Positions 53,989 through 64,000 of a DNA stretch of 64,000 nt are shown piece by piece (within the stretch, counting starts at the first letter, position 1; each line of letters starts with the position of its first letter). The DNA comes from a virus. A model generated the notes under the pieces. That model made no database searches, was not told the origin of the DNA, and was given only the letters and a program-made list of their open reading frames with translations. The stretch is from IMG/VR virus record IMGVR_UViG_3300035670_008749, positions 13,633 to 77,632 of that record; one strand, written 5' to 3'. The translations under genes were made by a program, and so were the position numbers.

Positions 53989-55431
53989 TTGGCTAATTTA
54001 CTTACTAATGATTTTTTCTACTCTACTAAGCTAGGATTTGAATTTGAGTTTTACAGTAACTTAAATAGAAATGAGATAGCGAACCAATTAGGAAAGGTAT
54101 TAGGCAAGAAAGTACTTCTTTTTAAAAAATATCATTCTAGCTTTAAACCTACTAAGGACATTTTTAAGTTGGAGCCAGATTACTCAGGAGGATCCAAGAT
54201 GGTTGAATTCATCACGGGTCCTCTTCCTTATTTTGAGGCTATAGTAATTCTTATTAAAACTTTAAAGTGGATAGATGAGAATGGGTACACAGATAAGAAA
54301 TGTGCTTTTCAATTTGGATTAAGTGTCGACACATCCATATATCCGGATGTGCCCCCGATGAATCAGCTTAATACTCTTAAGTATATTCTGGGATTTGATG
54401 AAAACTTTATATACAAAAGATTCCCTGAAAGATCTGGATCATTATATGCTAAATCAATTAAAAGAATAGTTCCCGTTAACAAATTTGTTGACCCTACTAA
54501 TGTGTCTTTTATAGACAAGAATTTATTTGAGGTGCCTTTGGAAAAAAATATGGGTATCAATTTCTTAAAACTTCCAGAGGGATATTTTGAGGTCAGATAT
54601 CTAGGAGGGAAAGACTACCAGAAAAGATACACATCACTAAAAGAAGTAATAGACTATATAATAACTTATACTGTAGATGTTTTAAGATTCAATAACGGAT
54701 TCACTGAAAATGACTTAAAAGTGCTAAGAATGTTCTTGAATGAGATTTACAAGAGCGCATCAACCTTTATAGATCCGGACACTTTCCAGAAAAACTATCC
54801 ACACATGAATATTATGGTGGATCTTCGATCCGATCCCCAGATATTAAGGTCTTTCTTTATTACGATAAGAGAGGTTCTTTATGATTTGATAGTTGAAAAC
54901 AACATAAAGGAAGGACTAATAAATTACGATAGTTCACTAGGTAAATTCCAACTTAAAGATATAAAAACAACTAGAGCATATCTTCTTAGAGATTATGATA
55001 TTCTTGAGGGAGAAATATCAGGCAATATATTAAATTGTAGGATGTTTACGTGCAAATTAAACGATTGTACGATAGAAGAATGTGATCTAATAACAAACAA
55101 CGAAATAAATCGATCTAAGGTAATGATTTCAGATCTTTATTTTACTAATAAAGTACACGATAGTTATATTGACAACAAAGATAAAGAAATAAACTGCGAG
55201 GTATTTGGAGGAATAATAAGATCAGGATTTATTGGAAAATTGGCTAGCATATCGCCAGAAACAGAAGTTGTTAATGATGCTGAAGACGATAAGAAGTTAA
55301 AAGGAAGTTTGAAAAGGAAACAATTCCCTAATAGAAACGAAGGAGATAGTCCAGCGCAGCCTGCTAGATTCTCTGATAATAATTCTAAGCCTTCTGGTAT
55401 ACCTGGAATAAATTTCAAATCAAATAATTAA
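53989..55431 (+). CDS. Putative amidoligase (COOH-NH2 ligase type 2) with C-terminal beta-helix-like repeats
   Basis: LGFEFEF, LEPDYS, VEFITGPL, FEVRYLGG; TTG start. Confidence 0.7.
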   Translation: MANLLTNDFFYSTKLGFEFEFYSNLNRNEIANQLGKVLGKKVLLFKKYHSSFKPTKDIFKLEPDYSGGSKMVEFITGPLPYFEAIVILIKTLKWIDENGYTDKKCAFQFGLSVDTSIYPDVPPMNQLNTLKYILGFDENFIYKRFPERSGSLYAKSIKRIVPVNKFVDPTNVSFIDKNLFEVPLEKNMGINFLKLPEGYFEVRYLGGKDYQKRYTSLKEVIDYIITYTVDVLRFNNGFTENDLKVLRMFLNEIYKSASTFIDPDTFQKNYPHMNIMVDLRSDPQILRSFFITIREVLYDLIVENNIKEGLINYDSSLGKFQLKDIKTTRAYLLRDYDILEGEISGNILNCRMFTCKLNDCTIEECDLITNNEINRSKVMISDLYFTNKVHDSYIDNKDKEINCEVFGGIIRSGFIGKLASISPETEVVNDAEDDKKLKGSLKRKQFPNRNEGDSPAQPARFSDNNSKPSGIPGINFKSNN

Positions 55432-55437
55432 ATAGCC

Positions 55438-56217
55438 ATGACTGAAGCAGATTTAATCCAGGAAATAAGAGATGATATCTCTCATTCTTGTGCCTTACCA
55501 TATAACCTAAACGAGCAGGAGATAAAAAGGATTATAAAAAGAGCGAGGGCTTATTTTTATGATAATTATCAATATGCAGTAGAGGATAGAATATTTGTTT
55601 TAGGAAAAGAATTATTTTCTACCCAATCTTTTAGAGCAACCCGTCAAATACAAATGCCCCAGTGCGTTAGATCTATTTATGAGGTAAGGGAGGTAAACGG
55701 ATCTGGTTTAATTGGTACGCCTGATAAAGATTTTGGAGATTCTAAATTATTAGGATCTGAACTTATGTTATCCCCTTTTGCAGGAGACAACTTAGTTTAT
55801 AGAACGGTACTATATTCTTTCTTTGATCTTGCTAAGGCATATTTGTTAGAAACATATGCTTTTAACTACAACAAGAACACAAAGAGGCTTACTATTCTTG
55901 GTAGAGACCCTAACAGAACATATCAAACAGATGGAGGAACTTCCACTACACAATTTACCGGTACTGATGTAGGGGTAAGAGCTTACATAGATATTCCGGA
56001 AGAAAGCCTATACGATGATGAGTTATTTGTTAGATACTGTCTTGCAGAAGCTAAGATTAATATTGGTAGATTGTTAGGAACATTTGAATATAATCTCCCT
56101 GGCGGTGTTAGAGTTAATTATAATAATATACAAACTCTAGGTACATCTGAAAAACAGGAGATTATACAGATGATAAAAGACGAGAACACCCCTTCATACT
56201 TCTTGCAGTGGAATTAA
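55438..56217 (+). CDS. Neck protein, T4 gp13-like
   Basis: C-terminal NIGRLLGTFEYNLPGGVRVNY. Confidence 0.75.
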   Translation: MTEADLIQEIRDDISHSCALPYNLNEQEIKRIIKRARAYFYDNYQYAVEDRIFVLGKELFSTQSFRATRQIQMPQCVRSIYEVREVNGSGLIGTPDKDFGDSKLLGSELMLSPFAGDNLVYRTVLYSFFDLAKAYLLETYAFNYNKNTKRLTILGRDPNRTYQTDGGTSTTQFTGTDVGVRAYIDIPEESLYDDELFVRYCLAEAKINIGRLLGTFEYNLPGGVRVNYNNIQTLGTSEKQEIIQMIKDENTPSYFLQWN

Positions 56218-56240
56218 TTTATTATGTTATTAATCCTTGG

Positions 56241-56248
56241 AATATATA
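56241..56248 (+). promoter_or_regulatory. Late-promoter variant AATATATA
   Basis: Intergenic, 7 nt before ATG 56256. Confidence 0.45.
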
Positions 56249-56255
56249 GATCAAG

Positions 56256-56627
56256 ATGGCAAGATATTCCGAAATTTATCCAAGAAATCCTGACGACCCA
56301 AATTACAAAGAGGGACTTTTACATACTGATGATGAGGTAGAGATTCTCATAGGTATGATAAAAAACTGTATGTTAACTAGTCCTGGTGAAGTTCTTGGAG
56401 ATCCTTATTTTGGAATAGACTTAGAAGGTCTTATTTTTGATCTAGAGGTGGACCAGAACACACTAACTAGAGCAGTAGATTTACACTTACTTACATACGT
56501 GCCTTTAGCTTATTCCCTTTTTAATGTTGAATTTCAGGTTGGTTTTATCAAGGGGGAAACTAGGGACGCTTGTGTTATAGATTTTGCAATAAAAGGAAAT
56601 CCTATATTAGGAATTAAAATATTATAA
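56256..56627 (+). CDS. Baseplate wedge subunit, gp25-like
   Basis: MLTSPGEVLGDPYFGIDLEGLIF. Confidence 0.85.
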   Translation: MARYSEIYPRNPDDPNYKEGLLHTDDEVEILIGMIKNCMLTSPGEVLGDPYFGIDLEGLIFDLEVDQNTLTRAVDLHLLTYVPLAYSLFNVEFQVGFIKGETRDACVIDFAIKGNPILGIKIL

Positions 56628-56629
56628 AG

Positions 56630-58327
56630 ATGGATTTAATACCAAAGAATAGAGCGAAGATATCGGACTTATTATCTCAAACATTTGAGTTAATTCAAGC
56701 AAGATATGGAATGTCCAACCAGCTTTTTACAGTTGCTTCGGTGTGGGGACAAATAATATTTGTATTAGACAACCTTTCTCAATTCGTGTTGTTTTTTATA
56801 GAGGACTCGATAACGGAGTTAAATATAAACACTGCTACAAGGGAATCCTCGATATATGGACTGGCAACTTTAGCCGGACACAACCCCACCAGAAACATAT
56901 CTGCTAAAGGAGAAGTTACCATAAAATGGAACGGTAAAAACATAGAAGATGTAGGAGGAAGCGCAGTTCTTATACCTAGGAACTCTCAAATAAAATGTGT
57001 GAACAATGGTAAATTTTATTTACTTAAATTCCCACAAGAATATACAAGATTAAACCTTGACGGTACCTCCCAATTAGCCTGTTCAATAATGGAGGGCACA
57101 CTTGCAGTTAATCGATACACTGGAGGGGGAGGACTTCTTCAAAGTTTTAATATTTCATCTAGGGGTACTTCTGGTATAGAAAACTTTGAGGTTTATGTCA
57201 AAGTTAATGGAGTGGAATGGAAAAGATATGATTCTTTATATGATATACCAAGAAACGGATTGGGATACTTAGTAAAAAGTTCAATCATATCAGGTATTGA
57301 TATTTTCTTTGGTAATAGAGATTTTGGATTACCTCCCGCTGCAGGATCTGTGATAGAAGTTACCTATCTTGAATCTGCTGGAGCTAATGGCAATATAAAT
57401 GTTGAAAATTCTTCTCAAGTTATATTTAATTTCGATTCTGAAGGGACTGATTTATTTGGAAACACTATTAGTCTATCTGAAGTTCTACAAGTTAAATGCA
57501 CGATTGCCCCACAAATGGGGGCAAACCAAGAGTCAGTAGATTTAACAAGATTGATAGCTCCTAAGACGTCCAGAAGTTTTGTTTTGGCCAACCCAACTAA
57601 CTACATAACATTCTTTGAAAAATTTGGGCAGTTTTCGATAATAGAGGCTTTCACAACATTTGATGATCAGTACATTGATGACGATAATGTCATATACTTA
57701 ATACTCGTTCCAGATATTCAGCTAACCTTAAAAAGTAATGAGACATATTTTGACATCCCTGTTTCTAGATTTAAATTAACACAACCACAAAGGGATAGGA
57801 TATATCAACTTCTTGATGAAAGCGGACAAAAGATAGTTACAACCGAGGTTAAAATATTAGATCCTGTTATAAAAAGATACGTTGTAAACATAGCATTAAC
57901 GATGTTTGAAGGTAATGATCCTGACACATTAAAAACAACTATAACAAACACTCTTAGCGACTACTTCCTTAATATCAGAAGAAGAGATAAAATACCTAAG
58001 TCTGATTTAATTGCCGCTGTTGAAGAAATAGAAGGGGTTGATTCGGTTTCTCTTTACTTTGTTGGTGAAGAAAACGAAGCTGCTAAGGCACAGAATCCTA
58101 ATGCACCAGAGATAGGATTTGATGAATTCGGAGACATAATAATAGGCAAGGACGAAATAGTTGTTATATCGGGTGGATGGGACGATAGAAATGGTATATT
58201 CTATGATCTTGGAGCAGGTATGGAAACTCTCTCATCTATAAATATAGACATAAGAGCGATTGTTCCTTATACATATAATTCAAGAGTAAACGGATTACTT
58301 AAAAGTTCTTTAAAAACAGGAAACTAA
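56630..58327 (+). CDS. Baseplate wedge protein, gp6-like
   Basis: NINTATRESSIYGLATLAGHNP, IFFGN..FGLPP, YLESAGANGN, GANQES. Confidence 0.85.
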   Translation: MDLIPKNRAKISDLLSQTFELIQARYGMSNQLFTVASVWGQIIFVLDNLSQFVLFFIEDSITELNINTATRESSIYGLATLAGHNPTRNISAKGEVTIKWNGKNIEDVGGSAVLIPRNSQIKCVNNGKFYLLKFPQEYTRLNLDGTSQLACSIMEGTLAVNRYTGGGGLLQSFNISSRGTSGIENFEVYVKVNGVEWKRYDSLYDIPRNGLGYLVKSSIISGIDIFFGNRDFGLPPAAGSVIEVTYLESAGANGNINVENSSQVIFNFDSEGTDLFGNTISLSEVLQVKCTIAPQMGANQESVDLTRLIAPKTSRSFVLANPTNYITFFEKFGQFSIIEAFTTFDDQYIDDDNVIYLILVPDIQLTLKSNETYFDIPVSRFKLTQPQRDRIYQLLDESGQKIVTTEVKILDPVIKRYVVNIALTMFEGNDPDTLKTTITNTLSDYFLNIRRRDKIPKSDLIAAVEEIEGVDSVSLYFVGEENEAAKAQNPNAPEIGFDEFGDIIIGKDEIVVISGGWDDRNGIFYDLGAGMETLSSINIDIRAIVPYTYNSRVNGLLKSSLKTGN

Positions 58328-58328
58328 A

Positions 58329-58574
58329 ATGGAAAAACAAAGCTGGTACGAATTTATAAAAACACAAAACGACCAAAGGTCTAATATTGGTTTTGATTAT
58401 GAGGGTAAGATATTTGAAAATACTTTATCTAATCCTATATTACAGGGAGACGCAAATAGGATGGACATACTAGCTAGTATCGAGAGAGTAGTTTACTACT
58501 GGTTTGAAACTGCTAAGTATATAAAGAACTATGTTAACTATACAGTTTCTAAAAATAACAAATACGTAAGATAG
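58329..58574 (+). CDS. Small baseplate-region protein
   Basis: 1 nt gaps to both the gp6-like gene and the giant ORF. Confidence 0.65.
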   Translation: MEKQSWYEFIKTQNDQRSNIGFDYEGKIFENTLSNPILQGDANRMDILASIERVVYYWFETAKYIKNYVNYTVSKNNKYVR

Positions 58575-58575
58575 G

Positions 58576-61500
58576 ATGACTTTTCAAAATCTTTTATTCT
58601 TCGATAAAAAAGGTGATCAATACATTTTTAAATGGAATGGTACACATTGGGAAGGATCTGTTCTTTTTCCTATAGTTTCTGAGAAACTGTTCGAGGTACA
58701 GCACATCTTTATAATAGAAAAATTTTTAGATCTTTCAGCAGAGACAAAATACGGATTTCCTCACTCTTACGGAACTAGTCCAGGAACTCCTGTATGGAGA
58801 ACAAGATGGGAATCTAATTATGACGGAAAAACTGATGTATCTAATATCATATACACTTATGAATTAGGTGTTGATGGGGAATTAGACGCGCCAGTGTTAG
58901 TTAAGACAAATAGCGTAGAATTTTATCCTGAGGTAGTACCAGGAGACACAGTAGATTCTCCAAGTGGTATAGTTGTTACTAACGATATTAATGAGTCATC
59001 GATGCAGATTAATATCGCTTTAAATTCAGATACTGAAGGAATATATGACCGAACTTTTATTCTAGAAGATTATACTGATCCTAATAATCCAGTTACTATT
59101 TTAAAAGTGGGATTTCACGGAGAAGTTGAAGGAGAAGACAGCAGACTTGCAGTCATGCTAGGAAACTTTGGTAGAGAATTTAACCAATCTGATGCTTTAA
59201 TAGTAAGAGAGGGAGATATCAAAGAACAGTTTCCTGATTATGAAATAATTAATAATAAAAGGAAGGAGTTACTATTAGCGGGTGAAAGTATATTCCCCTA
59301 TCTTGGATCATACAAATCTCTATTTAACGCTATAAAGTTTTTTGGATATTATGATTTAAGAATCAAGGAGTACTGGCTTAATATAAAGAAAGATGAAGCA
59401 GATACACTAACTCCTCTTCAACAAAACCAAAAAATATTAAATGAGTTGAGTATCCCTAATGTAGAGGGACAAAATAGATTGGAACTTATAAGTAGTTTAA
59501 TTAAAGATGAAAATGAGGGAAAATTCAAACAAATAGAAATATACGGTAAAAGGAAGGACGGAACTTTCGGATTAAAAAAACAATTCGAACAATTATTTCC
59601 ATCTAAATCTTTTAAAAAGACTTCGTTATTCGGACTTTTTTATGATATAAATAGAGTAGTAGAAGGCCAAGATGAAGATCAATACGGATATCCTATAGTA
59701 GAAGATGCTTTTGCTTTTAGCCCAGAGGAAGTACTTATAAAACTATTTGGATTAAAAGAAAGATTAAAAAGGGATTATCTACCACTTAACGCTAGGATAA
59801 TTGATATAACAGGAGAGGGCGTATACTTTAATATCTACAAAACTAGAGGATGGACGGATCAATTAGACATAAGTGAGATAAAAGGAGGCATAAAAGTAGA
59901 CTTCAGTGTGTTTCCGCAAGATGGATACATTGAAGATCTTAGACCTTTTTATACCAAACCTAATCAATCTGGTTTTTTATATCCAGCGGTAAATGGAACA
60001 GAAGAAGGCATAAGCTATTATGGAAATACGGTAAATCCTTATTCTAATTTTCAAAAATATCCTCTACCTACAATACCCGCTTTAGAAAGTGCAGTACAAT
60101 CTTTTTATGATGATATAAAAAATGGAACAATGCCTAAATTTTTAGGCGATGGTGATTATGATTATCCAGGATATAAGTTATTCTCAGACGGGTCTGAATA
60201 TGTCTTTCCCGCTGGATGTCCTTTGATAATTAAGAATAATACCTTTGTTCTACCTTGGGAAGATGTGAGTGGAAGCTGGAATTCTTTTGATACGACGATA
60301 ACAACTACATCCTTACAAATAGCTAGTTATACTAGCACTACTTCTAGTAATCCTGGTACTCCTCTACAGACTGTTAATAGTACTACTACTTTTACTTTAC
60401 CAACAACTTTTCCTTCCAGCGTAACAATTAATATAGGAACAGGGAACGACTGGTTCGATACAACATCACCGCAGGTTTTATTTGTTAGAGTGGAGTCTGT
60501 AAGTTCTCCTGGTAATTTAGTACTTGGATATTGTAGTGCGGGGGATTATAACAGCTTAACTGGAAATCTCTACATCCAGATGATGTATACTAGAGGTTCC
60601 GGTGAATATTCAAATTGGAAAGTTACTCCTACTAATTTAGGATTTAGCACGTACACCTTTGATTACTATGAGAATTTTGTACAATCTAATGGATTTTATT
60701 CATGGGATAGAATACCTTATTTAGATTTCTATGAAATTGAATGGACAATATACAAAGACGATGATTCAAGTCCATACTTTTTCCAGATAAGAGGAGGTCT
60801 TCCTGAATTAGAGACTATAGTACATTTTGTACCTTATGTTGGAGAGTACAATGTTAAATGCAGAGTTTGGGACACTTTGAATTCTATTTCATTAGGAATA
60901 AAAAGATCTATATTGAAAGTTGATAGAAGATCGATAGAACTGAACACCATTACCCGATTTAGGGAATCTGAAATATACAACTGGGATAATTCACCTTTAA
61001 AATGGGAAAGCTATCCTTCGCAATGGATTTTCCCTGTAGAAAACACGAATAAAATATTGGATATTTCTGATGTAATAGAGAACTATCCAGAATACTCTAA
61101 TAATTTTAACGAAGGACAGCAGTGTGAGGTTCTAAGTAAAATTCCAGAGGTAAAAGCAACAATAGAATTTGAGGTAGGAGTTTCACAAATAGATATCAAT
61201 AATATTGTTAGCACTTATAATGGATCTGGATATTCTTTAGCTATAGTAACAACAAACACTCCCCATGGATATTCTTCTGGTGACGATGTATGGATATATG
61301 ATTCTACTGGAGACCCTTATGGACAATACCCAATAACGGTAACTGGTACTACTACATTTGAGATACCAGAGATAGTTATCACTGCTATAACTGGAGGATA
61401 TGTTTATGGATCGGGTAATATTAAAATTACTTCTGACTCGGTATTAATAGCCGATTGTAATTTCCAAGGGGATCTTAATGCTACTACAAGTTTAATTTAT

Positions 61501-64000
61501 AGCACAATAAATTCTTCACCTCTGAATCCCAAGTATAAAGTCATAAATCTTATAGATTCAACCACTTTAAATTATAAAAAGTTTACATTACAAGCACCAA
61601 ATAACACCGGGGTTTTATGGAACGGCAAGACATTAACTATACAAACTACCGGATCTATACTTTCTAATATCACTTCAGGGGCTTTTGCCGGGGGTGTTAA
61701 TGAAACGGAGGAATACCTGGAATATAATTTTTCTACCCTACCTAAGAAAGAGATGAGGTACTGGGGAACTAAAAGACTTTCCTGGGACACATTTGAAGAC
61801 TTTCAATTTGAAAAAGCATATGCTCATACCTGGGACATGTACGATTACCACAATGACTGGTTAGGAGGATTTAGTTTATATTCTTTACAATACGGAGACC
61901 GGGTTAGGGTAACTAAGGATTCATTGGGAATAGTATTTGGCGAAACCGATTCACCTGGCAATAACTATTTAGACTTAAGCGAAGCTGCTAGTCAATTGAA
62001 CGATTCGGTAGACGATAACATAAAAAGGTTCGACTACACAGTTAGAGGATTTTCTGAACTGCCTAATAATTTTTACGAAAACAATACACCTATTTCACCA
62101 GATCTTAGTACCAATCCAGGTCCTAAAAACATAACATCTAAATTCTACAAAGTTCCTACATATTCTCCCGTCCTTTTTCAACCTACTGGAATAGCTTGGG
62201 ATGCTGATGGGGATATATGGGTTACCGGCGAGGATGTTATTAAATTTGATGGCGCCAATTATACAACTTATGATTCTTCCAATAGCGTTATGCCGGGGGT
62301 TTCTATTCTTACTAATTGTATAGAGATAGACAGAAATGATGTTAAGTGGATAGGGATAGAAAATAGTTTAACACCTCTGGTTAAAATAAACGAGAAAGAT
62401 CCTGCGGACAGCTTTGCTTACTCTGTTAGTGATTTCGTTGATAACGGAGGAAATCCTGTTAGTCCTATAACAGCTTCCAGTATAAATGCAATAGAAATAA
62501 ACCCACAAAGCGGAGATATATTTGCAGCATTTACTTGTAACTCTTCTCCTTCTTTTGATGGACTTTTATTCTATGATTCTCATGCTAAATCCTGGTCTCT
62601 CTACACAACATCTAATTCAGATATTCCTTCAGATAATATTAGAGATCTTAGATTAGAATACTATGGAATGAATAAATGGTATCTTTGGATAGCAACAGAT
62701 GCTGGATTATCTAGATTTAACGGAATAGATTTTAAAAATTATACAAGCACTAATTCAGGATTACCAGATAATGATGTTTATTCGATAGAGCTAGATAAAT
62801 TGGACCACAAATGGATCGGTACTGGATCAGCTCTAGCTTACTGGGATCATATAAGATGGGCAGTATGGAATCCTTCTACAAATCCCGAATTATCTACCGG
62901 TAAGTTTGGAAATATAGTGGAGACTGGTAATGCTAATATATGGTTTACTATAGACCAAACGGCATCCCCAGGAGGAACGGAATTATACTTCTTCGATGGA
63001 TATTTCTTTACTAAGGTTTTATACAGAAATGACGGAGTGTCCTTAATAAATCCTTGTAATGTTTCTCATGGAAAAACACTACTTTCAGCTCCATGGAAAA
63101 CTATCAAGAATGGAGAAACGACATATCCAAAAAACCTTCTCTTTGTTACTGACGATGGAGAGATAGGAAAGCTTGATTATATTGTACCACATATCCATGC
63201 AACATCTAAATCCGTAGGGACTAATGGATGGGATTTTGTTTACCATGACACATCAACTCCATTACCCTCAGTAGAATACATTAATAGCAGTGGAATTGGG
63301 ACATCTCAATTAGGATTTAGCTTTATAATCGGTCCTTTTAATGACAATATCACACTGAACTCAGATTACACTAGACCTGTCATGCCTAATGTTGACAGAT
63401 ACTCCTGGTATAAGCCTATTTGGCAGCGTTATAGCATCGATCGTCTTAAAGATCAGTTTCCATCTTTAAACATCGACGATATCTTCTTATACGCTCCGCT
63501 ACGAGATATTTTAAACGAAAAAGCAAACAAAGAGCCTTATTGGAGAAATTCACAAATTGAAAGGATAGCACAGAAGAAATCAAGAGATCTTTTTGAAAAC
63601 TTTGAATGGGTTATAACTCTAGGAAACAGTAGTCCAGATCAGGGGGTAAAAGTCACCGTTGACAATGAGGGAGATATTATAGCAATCGGTGATTTTACTG
63701 GTACTATATTTATGGGCGAGGTTAATAATATCGGTACACAGGACATTTATTTAAACAGTTTAGATCAGGGTGTATACATTGCTAAATATAATAAAGGGGG
63801 AGTTATCCAATGGGCAACATCTATATCTTCAACATCTCCACAAGGTCCTATTTATGCACGATCTGTTATAACAGATTCTAATGGTAATATCTACGTTGCT
63901 TGTGACAATAATCTCACAGGATTTATTGAAATAAATAAATATGATTCCGATGGTATTTTATTAAATACAATTACAGTCCCTGTTACCCCGGATCAATTCC
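58576..64000 (+). CDS. Giant baseplate wedge (gp7-like) / adhesin with beta-propeller repeats, 3'-truncated, not in ORF track
   Basis: ATG 58576 (MTFQNLLFFDKKG) reads open to the window end, at least 1808 aa. YLGSYKSLFNAIKFFGY; Reg_prop-type WIATDAGLSRFNG...NSGLPDNDVYSI; SBBP-like DNEGDIIAIGDFTG. Confidence 0.85.
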   Translation, partial: MTFQNLLFFDKKGDQYIFKWNGTHWEGSVLFPIVSEKLFEVQHIFIIEKFLDLSAETKYGFPHSYGTSPGTPVWRTRWESNYDGKTDVSNIIYTYELGVDGELDAPVLVKTNSVEFYPEVVPGDTVDSPSGIVVTNDINESSMQINIALNSDTEGIYDRTFILEDYTDPNNPVTILKVGFHGEVEGEDSRLAVMLGNFGREFNQSDALIVREGDIKEQFPDYEIINNKRKELLLAGESIFPYLGSYKSLFNAIKFFGYYDLRIKEYWLNIKKDEADTLTPLQQNQKILNELSIPNVEGQNRLELISSLIKDENEGKFKQIEIYGKRKDGTFGLKKQFEQLFPSKSFKKTSLFGLFYDINRVVEGQDEDQYGYPIVEDAFAFSPEEVLIKLFGLKERLKRDYLPLNARIIDITGEGVYFNIYKTRGWTDQLDISEIKGGIKVDFSVFPQDGYIEDLRPFYTKPNQSGFLYPAVNGTEEGISYYGNTVNPYSNFQKYPLPTIPALESAVQSFYDDIKNGTMPKFLGDGDYDYPGYKLFSDGSEYVFPAGCPLIIKNNTFVLPWEDVSGSWNSFDTTITTTSLQIASYTSTTSSNPGTPLQTVNSTTTFTLPTTFPSSVTINIGTGNDWFDTTSPQVLFVRVESVSSPGNLVLGYCSAGDYNSLTGNLYIQMMYTRGSGEYSNWKVTPTNLGFSTYTFDYYENFVQSNGFYSWDRIPYLDFYEIEWTIYKDDDSSPYFFQIRGGLPELETIVHFVPYVGEYNVKCRVWDTLNSISLGIKRSILKVDRRSIELNTITRFRESEIYNWDNSPLKWESYPSQWIFPVENTNKILDISDVIENYPEYSNNFNEGQQCEVLSKIPEVKATIEFEVGVSQIDINNIVSTYNGSGYSLAIVTTNTPHGYSSGDDVWIYDSTGDPYGQYPITVTGTTTFEIPEIVITAITGGYVYGSGNIKITSDSVLIADCNFQGDLNATTSLIYSTINSSPLNPKYKVINLIDSTTLNYKKFTLQAPNNTGVLWNGKTLTIQTTGSILSNITSGAFAGGVNETEEYLEYNFSTLPKKEMRYWGTKRLSWDTFEDFQFEKAYAHTWDMYDYHNDWLGGFSLYSLQYGDRVRVTKDSLGIVFGETDSPGNNYLDLSEAASQLNDSVDDNIKRFDYTVRGFSELPNNFYENNTPISPDLSTNPGPKNITSKFYKVPTYSPVLFQPTGIAWDADGDIWVTGEDVIKFDGANYTTYDSSNSVMPGVSILTNCIEIDRNDVKWIGIENSLTPLVKINEKDPADSFAYSVSDFVDNGGNPVSPITASSINAIEINPQSGDIFAAFTCNSSPSFDGLLFYDSHAKSWSLYTTSNSDIPSDNIRDLRLEYYGMNKWYLWIATDAGLSRFNGIDFKNYTSTNSGLPDNDVYSIELDKLDHKWIGTGSALAYWDHIRWAVWNPSTNPELSTGKFGNIVETGNANIWFTIDQTASPGGTELYFFDGYFFTKVLYRNDGVSLINPCNVSHGKTLLSAPWKTIKNGETTYPKNLLFVTDDGEIGKLDYIVPHIHATSKSVGTNGWDFVYHDTSTPLPSVEYINSSGIGTSQLGFSFIIGPFNDNITLNSDYTRPVMPNVDRYSWYKPIWQRYSIDRLKDQFPSLNIDDIFLYAPLRDILNEKANKEPYWRNSQIERIAQKKSRDLFENFEWVITLGNSSPDQGVKVTVDNEGDIIAIGDFTGTIFMGEVNNIGTQDIYLNSLDQGVYIAKYNKGGVIQWATSISSTSPQGPIYARSVITDSNGNIYVACDNNLTGFIEINKYDSDGILLNTITVPVTPDQF

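Noticed and set aside
5759-61790. Numerous 60-160 aa antisense or alternate-frame ORFs (e.g. 5759, 7208, 7574, 13036, 15896, 19925, 39164, 42344, 52905, 61572)
   Set aside because: All lie within or across longer well-supported genes and show the biased composition typical of shadow frames.
1-64000. Stop-codon reassignment as in Lak or some crAss-like phages
   Set aside because: Code 11 gives near-complete coding density, and TAG, TGA and TAA each end genes directly before the next start.
1-64000. tRNA, rRNA, introns, inteins, integrase or transposase
   Set aside because: Intergenic gaps are too short, and no cloverleaf, splice-junction, homing-endonuclease or recombinase motifs were recognised by eye.

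Overview
AT-rich, gene-dense 64 kb segment of a T4-like jumbo myophage in the standard genetic code (TAA, TAG and TGA all act as stops). A Bacteroidota host is inferred from a TAnnTTTG promoter element, A-rich starts without Shine-Dalgarno sites and Reg_prop-type propellers. Order: DNA-repair cluster (degenerate UvsE, NEIL1-like glycosylase, 3'-5' exonuclease); head module (nucleotidyltransferase, large internal protein, protease-scaffold fusion, gp23-like capsid, further late proteins); P-loop kinase + AsnB; RimK-RimB fusion next to an Asp/Glu polyanion protein; a 14 kb, 19-gene glycan island (GT6, GT11, gmd, fcl, kdsD, kdsA, about 9 glycosyltransferases, 6 methyltransferases); NUDIX; baseplate/neck module interrupted by an S1-like protein and an amidoligase; and a >1800 aa wedge/propeller ORF that the ORF track missed. 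Two phage promoter classes can be read from the DNA (GATATATA; GAAAYT-N17-TAHAA). There is also a probable nested scaffold gene and a recurrent capsid-targeting-like N-terminal peptide. All family calls come from motif recognition by eye; no searches were run.
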